A stretch of 64,000 bases of DNA from Alphaproteobacteria bacterium (GCA_021774445.1 JAJFJA010000005.1:73790-137789), one strand, 5' to 3'. Positions 9,293 to 18,567 are shown, counted from the first letter of the stretch. The notes: a model not told the origin generated them from the sequence alone. Numbers and translations are program-made.

Positions 9293-10426
9293 CTAGGTCG
9301 GTCCCTCCAACTCCATTTTGAGTGCGAAGAGCTCCAGCATGTCTTTGAGCGTGATAATGCCGACCAGCCGTTCGCCGTCCACGACCATCAATCGACTCGT
9401 GGCGTTCCGGCGCATCGTCGCCATGGCCTTCACTGAATCGGTGTCGGCCGGGATGGTATTCTCCGGTGTGCGGCGCACCAAAACCTCGCCAACCCTCGCG
9501 ATGCTCCAATCCTCCCGGGGTACGGCCTTGATTTGGCGCGTACCGATGAACCCGATCAAGCGACCCGAGTCGACCACCGGATAAAGGCCATGATGGGATT
9601 GATAGAGGTAATTCACGACAAACGAGTCGAGCGTCGCCGTCGGGTCGACCGTGACCGGGTTCGGTGTCATGAAACGGCGCACTGGCTCGCCCTCGAAGGC
9701 GCGCTTGCTAAGAAGTTGCACGTAGGAGGCACGCGCGGCGCCGTTGAGGAACAAACCGATCAAAAACCACCACATACCGCCGACAAAGTTACCGGTAACC
9801 ACATTGACCGCGCCGAACGCCATGAGAATCGCACCAAAGGTCTCGCCCGAGCGGCTGGCAATCCTCGTGGCCGCCCGGAGGTCGCCCTTGAAGTGCCAGA
9901 GCGCGGCGCGCAGCATCCGCCCACCGTCCAGAGGGAACGCAGGTAGCAGGTTGAAGGCCGCGAGGAGGGTGTTGATCAACGCGAGGTAGTCTAGGATACC
10001 AAGCACCGCAGCCGGCAGCCCTCGGGCCATGCCGACAATGGCCATCACGTAGAACGCCAGGGCAAACACGCCGCTGGCGATCGGCCCGGCCACGGCCATG
10101 AGGAACTCAACCCTAGGGCTCGCGGGCTCTTCCTCCATCTCGGCAACGCCGCCGAAGATAAACAATGTAATGCCCCCGATCGGCAGGCCAAAGCGGCGCG
10201 CCACGAGCGAGTGAGACAATTCGTGGAAGATGAGCGAGAAAACCAAGCCAATCATACCGGCGACCGCCATCCACCAGTACGTGATGGGACTCAAACCCTC
10301 GTACCAGGACGGAAAGAGACCCTTGGCCAGGGACCAGGTTACGAGCAAGGCAAGAAACAGCCAGCTCGCGTCAATCTGAACCTTGAAGCCTAGTATCTCG
10401 AACAGAACGAAGCGTTTTCCGAGCAT
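9293..10426 (-). CDS. Site-2 protease family (peptidase M50) zinc metalloprotease with tandem CBS domains
   Basis: HELSH zinc motif in the membrane domain and LDGG; C-terminal CBS pair (RFMTPNPVTV..., LMVVDGERLVGIITLKD). Confidence 0.85.
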   Translation of the reverse strand: MLGKRFVLFEILGFKVQIDASWLFLALLVTWSLAKGLFPSWYEGLSPITYWWMAVAGMIGLVFSLIFHELSHSLVARRFGLPIGGITLFIFGGVAEMEEEPASPRVEFLMAVAGPIASGVFALAFYVMAIVGMARGLPAAVLGILDYLALINTLLAAFNLLPAFPLDGGRMLRAALWHFKGDLRAATRIASRSGETFGAILMAFGAVNVVTGNFVGGMWWFLIGLFLNGAARASYVQLLSKRAFEGEPVRRFMTPNPVTVDPTATLDSFVVNYLYQSHHGLYPVVDSGRLIGFIGTRQIKAVPREDWSIARVGEVLVRRTPENTIPADTDSVKAMATMRRNATSRLMVVDGERLVGIITLKDMLELFALKMELEGPT

Positions 10427-10594
10427 GATCCCGCGATTTCCGCACCCTTATTAGTCCGGAACAACCCATTTTGCCGGCCGGCGGGCTAACTCAGCACCCA
10501 TTAGGCGCACCCCGCCGGTGGCCAGCCGCCGACGCAACCAATCGGAAGCCGTTGCCATGGTCTAACTTGTTCCCTTTGAGCCTGGACCGGGGCT

Positions 10595-13018
10595 TCAGCC
10601 CGAGACTACCGCCAATTCGTCAGCCTCGTCCGCGGTTGGTCCCGTCCCACCGAACGCGGCAGCGAGCGCATCATCGACGCGATCCAACCAGACGAACCGG
10701 ACCTGATTACGCGCCGCCTCGGGCACGTCCTCCAGATCCTTTTTGTTGCGCGCCGGTAAGAGGACCGTCGTGATCCCGGCTCGGGCAGCGGCCAGAACCT
10801 TTTCCTTCACCCCACCGATGGGCAGGACGAGACCACGGAGCGAGATTTCGCCCGTCATCGCCATGTCGTTTCGTACCGTCTTGCCCGTCAGCAGTGAGAC
10901 CAGCGCGGTGTACATGGCGACGCCGGCGCTTGGCCCATCTTTCGGAATGGCACCCGCCGGCACGTGCACGTGAACGTCGCTTTTTTCGAAGCTATCGGGA
11001 TCGATACCGAGTCCGCCGGCACGTGCCTTCACCAGGCTGAGCGCGGCCTGCGCGCTTTCCTTCATCACGTCGCCTAGCTGACCTGTGAGGATAAGCCGGC
11101 CGCGCCCCGGCACCCGCGCGGCCTCGACGAATAGGATGTCGCCGCCTACCGGAGTCCAGGCGAGACCGGTCGCGACGCCCGGCACACTGGTACGCATCGC
11201 CACTTCACTCTCGAATTTGGCCGCGCCCAGGATTGCCTGCAGATCGCTTGCCTCTATCCGCACCTTCTCGGCCGCACCTTCTGCGATGCGCACCGCGGCG
11301 TTGCGGCAAACAGCACCGATCTCGCGCTCGAGATTGCGCACGCCTGCCTCCCGCGTATAGTCGGCGACGATTGCGCGAAGCGCCGCTGCTGTGATCTCAT
11401 ACTGCTCCGCGGTGAGCCCGTTCGCCGTTCGCTGGCGCGCGACAAGATAGCGTTTGGCTATCTCGACCTTTTCGTCCTCCGTGTAGCCCGGTATCTCAAT
11501 GACCTCCATCCGGTCACGCAAGGGGCCGGGGATGCTGTCGAGCACATTCGCCGTTCCGACGAAAATTGCCTTGGACAGATCAAATGGTACGCCAAGATAA
11601 TTGTCGCGGAAGGTCGAGTTCTGCTCCGGGTCGAGTACCTCGAGCAGCGCCGCCGACGGGTCCCCCTGGAACCCCGCGCCGAGCTTATCCATTTCGTCGA
11701 GCATGAAGACGGGATCGCGAGCGCCAGCCTTGCGCACTGCCTGGACGACATTGCCGGGCAGGGCGCCAATATAGGTGCGGCGGTGTCCGCGAATCTCGGC
11801 CTCGTCATGGACACCACCCAGGCTAACGCGGACGAACTTGCGGCCCATCGCACGGGCGATGCTCTGGCCAAGCGAGGTCTTACCGACACCGGGCGGTCCG
11901 ACGAAACAGAGGATCGGGGCCTTTCCTTCAGCGCTCAGCTTGCGTACCGCGAGGTATTCGATAATGCGCCGTTTAATCTTCTCAAGCCCGTAATGGTCTT
12001 CGTCTAGGATTCGGCGGGCCTCGGCGATATCGATCTTCTCCTCGGTCGTTACCGACCATGGCAGCTCGATCAGCCAATCGAGATAGGTCCGAACCATCCC
12101 ATGTTCGGTAGCTCCTTCCGGCATACGTTCCAGGCGCTTAAGTTCCTTCTTCGCTTGATCCTCTGCTTCAGGAGGCATACCGGCCTTCTCGATCGCCTCG
12201 CTGAGCTCGGCGATCTCTTCCGCGTGCTCACCCGTTTCACCGAGCTCCCGTTGGATCGTACGGAGCTGCTCGCGCAGGATATGCTCGCGCTGCCGGGCGG
12301 AAATTGTCTCCTGCGTCTCCGCGCCGATCTTTTTGGAAAGCTTGAGCACTTCAAGGCGGTGCGACAGCACCTCGAGCACCTTGTTCAGACGCACGCCGAC
12401 ATCGAGAATCTCCAGCAAATCCTGCTTCTCGGCCGGCGCGATATCTATGATACTGGCCACGAAATCGGCGAGCGCAGACGCGGACGTCAGATTATTGACC
12501 ACGCCAGCGACCTCCTGCGGCATGCCGGGCAGAAGGTCGATCGCTTCACGCGCCCGCTCTTTCAAGATAATCAGACGTGCCTCAATCTCCGGCGAAAGCA
12601 CCTCGGGCTCTTCGATTTCCTCGATGCGGGCGACCGGAAACGGCCAGCCCTCAAGGAACTCGATTGTGCGGAAACGGCGTTCTCCGCTGCACACCACATG
12701 ATGCCCACCGTCGGGCATGGTAACGTAACGCAAAATCTCGGCGACCGTGCCCATGGTGTGGAGATCGTCGGGGCCGGGCACGTCGAGCGCGGAATCACGC
12801 TGCAGTATGATGCCGAGCGGCCGGTCGCTGCCAGCCGCCTCCTGAGCCGCAGCAATGGATTGCGGCCGGCCGATCGAAAGTGGCAACACTATACCGGGGA
12901 AAAGCACCATATTGCGGACGGGAAGGACGATTATGGCACCTTGCGGAATAGGCGGCATATCGCGTTTCCCGCGTGGTGTCCCCTCGACCTCCGTTTTTCC
13001 TTCTGCTGTGTCGTTCAT
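10595..13018 (-). CDS. lon: ATP-dependent protease Lon (endopeptidase La)
   Basis: 807 aa with Lon N-domain, AAA+ Walker A GPPGVGKTSLGQSIA, and C-terminal protease PKDGPSAGVAM with the Ser-Lys dyad. Confidence 0.95.
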   Translation of the reverse strand: MNDTAEGKTEVEGTPRGKRDMPPIPQGAIIVLPVRNMVLFPGIVLPLSIGRPQSIAAAQEAAGSDRPLGIILQRDSALDVPGPDDLHTMGTVAEILRYVTMPDGGHHVVCSGERRFRTIEFLEGWPFPVARIEEIEEPEVLSPEIEARLIILKERAREAIDLLPGMPQEVAGVVNNLTSASALADFVASIIDIAPAEKQDLLEILDVGVRLNKVLEVLSHRLEVLKLSKKIGAETQETISARQREHILREQLRTIQRELGETGEHAEEIAELSEAIEKAGMPPEAEDQAKKELKRLERMPEGATEHGMVRTYLDWLIELPWSVTTEEKIDIAEARRILDEDHYGLEKIKRRIIEYLAVRKLSAEGKAPILCFVGPPGVGKTSLGQSIARAMGRKFVRVSLGGVHDEAEIRGHRRTYIGALPGNVVQAVRKAGARDPVFMLDEMDKLGAGFQGDPSAALLEVLDPEQNSTFRDNYLGVPFDLSKAIFVGTANVLDSIPGPLRDRMEVIEIPGYTEDEKVEIAKRYLVARQRTANGLTAEQYEITAAALRAIVADYTREAGVRNLEREIGAVCRNAAVRIAEGAAEKVRIEASDLQAILGAAKFESEVAMRTSVPGVATGLAWTPVGGDILFVEAARVPGRGRLILTGQLGDVMKESAQAALSLVKARAGGLGIDPDSFEKSDVHVHVPAGAIPKDGPSAGVAMYTALVSLLTGKTVRNDMAMTGEISLRGLVLPIGGVKEKVLAAARAGITTVLLPARNKKDLEDVPEAARNQVRFVWLDRVDDALAAAFGGTGPTADEADELAVVSG

Positions 13019-13034
13019 GGTGACCGGCTCTGTG

Positions 13035-13433
13035 TCATTCTTCCTTGTGAAGGTGCAGGATCAGACAGCCGTTGACGAATTCACTTCGGCCTACCTGCCA
13101 ACGTCGAACCGGCAATGGAATACGTCGCTCGAACCGACCATGCGGCAGCTCAATCCGATGGATCGCCGCGCCACGGGCTTCCGGCGGCAACCTCCGTCGT
13201 CCGGCAACTATCAACGTGCCGTCCTCAACGATCAGGTCCACGTCGTCCGGACGCACACCCAGCAGCGCCACAGTCACGCACAGCTCGCGCTCGAATTCAA
13301 AGATGTCGACTGGCGGCTGCCAAGCCGTCCCGGCGCGGTTTGGCTCGAAGAACTGCCGCTGCAAGCGCTCAGCCCGCTCAACCAGCATGCAGGCCTCTGC
13401 CCACATCCAGCTTCGGGGATCACGCGAAGACAT
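13035..13433 (-). CDS. Hsp20/alpha-crystallin family small heat-shock protein
   Basis: Alpha-crystallin domain WQPPVDIFEFERELCVTVALLGVRPDDVDLIVEDGTLIVAG...IELPHGRFERRIPLP. The start is uncertain (ATG at 13433 with GGAAAG SD, or 13388). The stop lies 16 bp upstream of the lon start, so an hsp20-lon operon. Confidence 0.8.
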   Translation of the reverse strand: MSSRDPRSWMWAEACMLVERAERLQRQFFEPNRAGTAWQPPVDIFEFERELCVTVALLGVRPDDVDLIVEDGTLIVAGRRRLPPEARGAAIHRIELPHGRFERRIPLPVRRWQVGRSEFVNGCLILHLHKEE

Positions 13434-13844
13434 CAGTGCTTTCCCGTTTGCGCATCGAGGGGGCAATGCTCCAATTGATCATCCGAGCGGCTTTGTGCAA
13501 GATCTTGCGCGCGAGAAATCGTTCCTCCAACGATCAGTCATTCGCCGACTTTATCGGGATATTCTTACGACCAATCTGACCTAGATCAGTTGAATCTGGA
13601 TCGACAGAAATCGTTCAGAACCCCATCGACACGTCAGGCGGACGACGACGGAATCGTGCGCGGCCAGGGCGTTGCGCGGTGGCTTGCGCTGGATCAAGGC
13701 GCTCAGCGTCCTGTGCCCGCAGAATGTCAATTCTGGGTCTTCGACGAGCCTGTCCGGCGCCTTCAAGGGGGCACTGTTAGAAGACGAAAGACGGAGGGAA
13801 TATTGCATTTCGGCACCCTTGCGAAGCCGAGGGACGGCAGCCCG

Positions 13845-14197
13845 CCTCGCGAGAATGTTCGGACGTTCCGAATCTCACCGACCGGGCTCATCGCCGATCT
13901 AGCTTTGCCGCCTTCTGCAAAGGGTGTCGTCCTTTTCGCGGCTGGCACTGTGAGCGGCCGACTGAGCCCCCGTAACCAGATGTCGCCATGGGTCCGCGAG
14001 GACGGGGCTCACGACCTTGCATTTCGGTTTTCTCTACACCGGAAGAGACGGTCGACCGCGCACGTGTTTACGATATCGGGCGGCTGGCCGAACGGCTTGT
14101 GTCGGCCCCGCGGTGGATTTGGCAGAAGGACGAGTACCATGGGCGAGCTTGTGCGGGCATGGTTCCTCGACCACTGACAAAGGATAAAATGCCATGA
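13845..14197 (+). pseudogene. Dienelactone-hydrolase-like (alpha/beta hydrolase, Rv0571c N-domain-like) remnant, frameshifted and 3'-truncated
   Basis: Similarity runs in three successive frames: GVVLFAAGTVSGRLSPRN (frame of 13590), then HGSARTGLTTLHFGFLYT (+1), then PEETVDRARVYDIGRLAERLVSAPRW (+2). The expected C-terminal half of the hydrolase, about 100 aa, is absent. Confidence 0.5.
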
Positions 14198-14922
14198 CGA
14201 TTTTCGCCAACCGAGAAGAGGCAGCAAGACAGCTTGCCGATAGGCTCATGCCGTTCAAGGACGCTGATCCGGTTGTCCTCGCTTTACCACGCGGCGGGGT
14301 GCCGATCGGGTTCGAAGTAGCCAAGGCGCTCGAGGCGCCCCTCGACCTGGTACTCGTCCGCAAAATCGGTGCGCCCTTTCAACCTGAACTCGCCGTTGGC
14401 GCGGTCGTGGATGGCCCGCATGCCGAGACCGTGATCAATGATCAGATTGTGCAGGCTCTGGGTATCCCGCAAAGCTACATCACGCAGGAGTGCACGCGGC
14501 AGCTGGAGGAAATCGAGCGACGCCGGGAGACCTACCGCGCTGGGCGGTCGCGGGTCGATTTGGCGCAAAAGACCGTAATCGTCGTCGACGACGGGATCGC
14601 AACCGGGGCCACGGTGCAGGCCGCTCTGCACGCCGTAAAGCGGACAAAGTTGCGCCGGCTAGTGCTTGCAGTTCCGGTTGCCCCCCGCGATATCGCGGCG
14701 GCACTGCGTGAAGAGGTAGACGATTTCATCTGCCTCGTGATCCCGCCCAATTTGGGCGGGATCAGCAGTTTCTATATCGACTTTCACCAAGTATCCGACG
14801 ACGAAGTCGTCGAGATGCTGCGTCGGAGTTCCGCCACGGAACGGATAGACGGCGCGCCGCCCGAGCCGTTGGTCGCTCCAAAGGCCACGGCGGCACGCCG
14901 TGCACCGAACGCAGTGCGGTAG
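14194..14922 (+). CDS. Phosphoribosyltransferase-domain protein (COG1926-type predicted PRTase)
   Basis: 242 aa with VLALPRGGVPIGFEVAKAL...VRKIG and the PRPP-binding loop VIVVDDGIATGATVQAA; C-terminal FYIDFHQVSDDEV typical of this family. Confidence 0.8.
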   Translation: MTIFANREEAARQLADRLMPFKDADPVVLALPRGGVPIGFEVAKALEAPLDLVLVRKIGAPFQPELAVGAVVDGPHAETVINDQIVQALGIPQSYITQECTRQLEEIERRRETYRAGRSRVDLAQKTVIVVDDGIATGATVQAALHAVKRTKLRRLVLAVPVAPRDIAAALREEVDDFICLVIPPNLGGISSFYIDFHQVSDDEVVEMLRRSSATERIDGAPPEPLVAPKATAARRAPNAVR

Positions 14923-14940
14923 TCCATTTAGGATCTAACG

Positions 14941-15918
14941 ATGCTCATATTTGCTCTGAATTCGAGCCGGATGTTCGGCAAGCGCGTCGCCTCGTCGCTC
15001 GGTATCCCGCTTAGCCCGCATGAAGAGCGGGACTTCGAGGACGGTGAGCACAAGGCACGCCCGCTCGTCAGTGTGCGTGGCCGCGATGTCTACGTAATAC
15101 AAAGCCTGTTCGGCGATGCGACGGAAACCGTAAACGATAAGATCTGTCGCCTCCTCTTCTTCCTTGGCGCGATGCGAGAGGGCGGCGCGGCACGTGTGAC
15201 CGCCGTCATCCCCTACTTCGCCTACGCCCGCAAGGACCGCCAGACCAAGCCCCGCGATCCCGTCACGACACGATATATGGCCTTGCTACTGGAGGCGATG
15301 GGAACCGATATCGTGATGACCCTGGACATCCATAACATCGTCGCCTTTCAGAACGCCCTCCGCTGCCGAACCGAGCATCTCGACACGCGGCGCCTTTTCG
15401 CGGATCACATGTTGGAGCGCATCGGGGATGACCCCGTTGTAGTAGCCTCGCCGGATCCGGGCGGTGTGAAGCGCGCCCAACTCTTCCAGGAAATGTTCGA
15501 GCAGATGATCGGCCGTGGCGTCGGAAATGCCTTTATGGAAAAGCGCCGCAGCGCGGGTATCGTGACCGGCAGTCTGCTCGTCGGTGATGTGAAGGATGCC
15601 GTCGTGCTCGTGATCGACGACCTCATCGGCACGGGCGGAACCATGCTGCGGGCGGCAGAGGCATGCCTGGAACGGGGCGCGCGCCAGGTCTATGCGCTTG
15701 CGGCCCACGGCCTGTTCGTCGGTGATGCTGGAAAGTTGATTGCCGATCCGCGCCTTGCGAAGACCATCGTCACGGACACTGTTCCGCCGTTTCGGCTCGA
15801 TCCGGGCATTGCTGAAAAGTATGTCGAGGTCGTCAGCGCCGCGCCGCTCTTCGCCGAGGCCATCAAACGCTGCCACGAGGGGGGCTCGATTGTCGAACTG
15901 CTTGAGGGACAATCCTGA
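14941..15918 (+). CDS. Ribose-phosphate pyrophosphokinase (PRPP synthetase) family, divergent paralog
   Basis: 325 aa with VIPYFAYARKDR (E. coli Prs IPYFGYARQDR) and the C-terminal PRPP-binding region VIDDLIGTGGTM. Divergent from housekeeping Prs. Confidence 0.75.
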   Translation: MLIFALNSSRMFGKRVASSLGIPLSPHEERDFEDGEHKARPLVSVRGRDVYVIQSLFGDATETVNDKICRLLFFLGAMREGGAARVTAVIPYFAYARKDRQTKPRDPVTTRYMALLLEAMGTDIVMTLDIHNIVAFQNALRCRTEHLDTRRLFADHMLERIGDDPVVVASPDPGGVKRAQLFQEMFEQMIGRGVGNAFMEKRRSAGIVTGSLLVGDVKDAVVLVIDDLIGTGGTMLRAAEACLERGARQVYALAAHGLFVGDAGKLIADPRLAKTIVTDTVPPFRLDPGIAEKYVEVVSAAPLFAEAIKRCHEGGSIVELLEGQS

Positions 15919-16936
15919 TACTCGCCCGCTCGGCGATGGCGAGATATTGCTTGGCCAGCGGCACCCATTTTTCCGGTTCGCGCAATTCCCGTTCGAGCAA
16001 ATGGGCAAGCGCTAAACGCGCCCGAAGCGATCCACGAAAGGCAGTGTAGAAAGCAATGAGCCGGTCGGATGGCGCGCCACCCAGCGCGCGACCGCATCGC
16101 TCGGCGACAAGATCGTCGATCCAAGCCGCCCCCAGCCGCGCGCACTCAAGTCCGAGAAAGGCCAGCTCGTCGAATGGATCGACGAGGCGGAGCCTTTGGC
16201 TGAACTCCAGGCAATCGATGACGACGGGCGGATCCTGAAGACAGATGTGTTCTGGCCGCAGATCGCCATGGCCCTCGACGACGAAACCTTCGCGCACGCG
16301 CTCGGCGAGGGCTAGCGACTCCTCAGTGATGAAATCCCCGGTCGCTTTCAACACGAAGCTCACTGTTTTGTGCGGCAAATCGAACGATGGCATTGTCAGG
16401 ACCGATTCGTTCTTTGCCTGCTCGTCGGCGAACTTCGCCACGTATTCCTGTGGCGTCAGATCGGCCGGCTTGGCGCTTCGATAAAACGCGGCGAGGAGTG
16501 CCGCGACCTTTTCCGCCGCCGCCCGGGTAACCGTCCCGTGCTCGATTGCCTGATCCAGCATGCGATCCGCCGGCAGACGGCGCATCTTGACGAGCCAGTC
16601 GACCACCCGGCCCGCGCCATTCAAGGCAAGCCTTGCGTCCGGCTCGAGGGTGAGGGTGACGACGCCGAGATAGACGCCCGGCGCGAGCCGTTGATTGAGG
16701 TGAACCTCTGCGCGGCAATCGGCTTCGCGTGCCGCAATCGTACTGAAATCGAGGAAAGGATATTTGACCGGCTTCTTGAGCTTGTAGACGGTGTTCCCCG
16801 CCATGAAGACCCAAGACATATGTGTCTCTTTGACTTCCACCTGAACGGGGCAACCGGTATAGGCCGTGCTTGTACTCAGGAAGTCCACCTTCTCCTGTGT
16901 ACCGACAGCCCGGACACGGCTCGATCGAGACTGCAT
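15863..16936 (-). CDS. Phosphotransferase-enzyme-family protein (APH/choline-kinase-like kinase fold)
   Basis: ETHMSWVFMAGNTVYKLKKPVKYPFLDFST N-region, catalytic HGDLRPEHI, and DxxE...Fxxxxxxxd lobe. The N-terminus is probably longer or earlier than the ORF start. The 3' end overlaps the prs-like gene by 56 bp, convergently. Confidence 0.65.
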   Translation of the reverse strand: MQSRSSRVRAVGTQEKVDFLSTSTAYTGCPVQVEVKETHMSWVFMAGNTVYKLKKPVKYPFLDFSTIAAREADCRAEVHLNQRLAPGVYLGVVTLTLEPDARLALNGAGRVVDWLVKMRRLPADRMLDQAIEHGTVTRAAAEKVAALLAAFYRSAKPADLTPQEYVAKFADEQAKNESVLTMPSFDLPHKTVSFVLKATGDFITEESLALAERVREGFVVEGHGDLRPEHICLQDPPVVIDCLEFSQRLRLVDPFDELAFLGLECARLGAAWIDDLVAERCGRALGGAPSDRLIAFYTAFRGSLRARLALAHLLERELREPEKWVPLAKQYLAIAERASIRIVPQAVRQSSPPRGSV

Positions 16937-17274
16937 CGGTCTCCGCGCATACGTTTAGGGTGATCCAACCTGAATATCTTACACCATATCCCTTCAGGCG
17001 GGGGCATTGTCGCGTTGTCCGAAGCTCGACGAACGGAACCCGTTAGAACCGCTCATTCACACTCCGACCGTCGCGTCGCTCCGTAGCCAACCAGTTTCGA
17101 AAATGCGAGGCAACACTTGAATCTATGCCGCCGAAACTTCCTATCCCCTGGGAAAGAAGGCCACCGGCCGCCTGCTCGATGGGCAGGAGTGGAACCAGTA
17201 CGCGGAACCGAGGCACTGAGGAAATTAGCACCAATTATTACCTTTACGAAAGACCTTGCGAACATTGCGGCCAC

Positions 17275-17301
17275 GGCGATGTCGGCGATGTCGGCGATGT
17301 C
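17275..17301. repeat. Perfect tandem repeat (GGCGATGTC)x3
   Basis: Three contiguous identical 9-mers in a non-coding low-GC patch. Confidence 0.6.
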
Positions 17302-17511
17302 GACCGCAAACCGGCGGTATCGGCAATGCGTGAAATACGCTTGACCGGCGCTTCTCGAGGCTTCGAATGACTATTACGCCCGGGTCGAGTTCCGCATGGC
17401 CGACAGTAATCGCAGGGGCTTCGAGGATACGCGCGCCTTTAGAAGTTCCTAGGGTGTTCCTAAGATTTGCGCGCTGTAGCGTAAGTCTTTGATGAGCGAC
17501 CTGAGAGATAG

Positions 17512-18134
17512 GTGACAACTTGTACCGGAGACATGGGTAACACTTTTTGGCTTTTGCCGGGAGGTGTTGATGCCGAGTGCTATTGTGAGATCCTGGGTAT
17601 CTGCGACGGAGCGAAGGAATACAGGTTCGGCTGGTCGGCGTTCCTGCGTCATCTGGTCGATCGCGGCCTCAGCGGCGTTCAGCTGATCAAATGCGATGCT
17701 TGCCCGGCTTGGTGGAGAGCATCGCCGAGTACCTGCCCGACGCCCGGTGGCAACGTTGCATAGTGCACTTTTACCGCAACGTCTTAAGCCAGTTGCTGTC
17801 AAGCAAGGTGCGCGAGGTGAGCCATCGGCTCAAGGCGATCCACTCCCAGGAGAGTCGGCCGGCAGCACACTACAAGGCCGCAGCGGTTATCGCCGAGCTA
17901 GGCCGCCAGCGACTGACCCGGGCAGCAGAGTTGATCGAGCAAAGCATCGCCGAGACGCTGACCTATTACGCCTTCCCCGACGGGCACTGGCGCAAGTTCA
18001 GGACCAACAATCCGCTGGAGAGGATCATGAAGGACAGCCGCCGACGAACGCTCGTTGTCGGCGCCTTCCCCGGTGGGCAGTCGTGCTTGAACCTCGCCGC
18101 CGCCAGACTGAGGCACATCGCCGGCTGCCATTAG
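17512..18134 (+). mobile_element. IS256-family (Mutator-type) transposase gene remnant: C-terminal about 200 aa only, frameshifted
   Basis: ORF 17691..18134 (LVESIAEYLPDARWQRCIVHFYRNV...TLTYYAFPDGHWRKFRTNNPLERIMKDSRRRTLVVGAFPGGQSCLNLAAARLRHIAG) matches the IS256 Tnp C-terminus. The preceding out-of-frame ORF 17512..17763 carries EILGICDGAKEYRFGWSAFLRHLVDRGLSGVQLI (the Tnp middle). The N-terminal half is absent. Confidence 0.75.
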
Positions 18135-18490
18135 TACACCCGCAAATTCATGAACATGAAGCCGCTCTATGCCGGGCAAACCTCAACCACCGGAGCCGTC
18201 GCCTGATCAAATGTGCGAAAGATTCTGGACACAACCTCTAGGGCATCATCCATTGCGCCGTGACGTGCTGAAGCAGCCCGTACCACTCCGCTTCACGAAC
18301 AGCTCGTTTCTGAAGCGCGGCAGGAACCTTTCGCATTCGCGTGACAGCACGCGGGTCCGGGCGGTGGCAACCCGGCTTTTGGAAGCCGGCACCGATGGAC
18401 TGCAGCGACATTTCGTGACCCCAGCTGTGACCCGAGACGCACACTTCCCTGCCTCTAAGTGAGATCGTCCCTTTAAGTCTTTGTTTTTAT

Positions 18491-18567
18491 TGGTCGGGGC
18501 GCCCAGATTCGAACTGAGGACCCCCTGCTCCCAAAGCAGGTGCTCTACCAGGCTGAGCTACGCCCCG
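18491..18567 (-). tRNA. tRNA-Pro: tRNA-Pro (anticodon TGG)
   Basis: Minus-strand sequence CGGGGCGTAGCTCAGCCTGGTAGAGCACCTGCTTTGGGAGCAGGGGGTCCTCAGTTCGAATCTGGGCGCCCCGACCA folds as a cloverleaf: 7-bp acceptor, GCTC/GAGC D-stem, CCTGC/GCAGG anticodon stem with loop TTTGGGA, T-loop TTCGAAT, encoded CCA. Confidence 0.9.

Noticed and set aside
13590-13844. N-terminal 85 codons of the 195-aa ORF preceding the hydrolase homology
   Set aside because: No similarity to the hydrolase family, and an odd composition. Likely non-coding leader or decayed sequence, so the pseudogene call begins at about 13845.
18169-18462. Possible integrase remnant next to the tRNA-Pro 3' end (ORFs 18169..18462 + and 18238..18444 -)
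   Set aside because: Neither frame shows the tyrosine-recombinase R..H..R..Y catalytic pattern (a weak HxxGH-like string only). Insufficient evidence, so it is kept only as context for the tRNA/IS junction.
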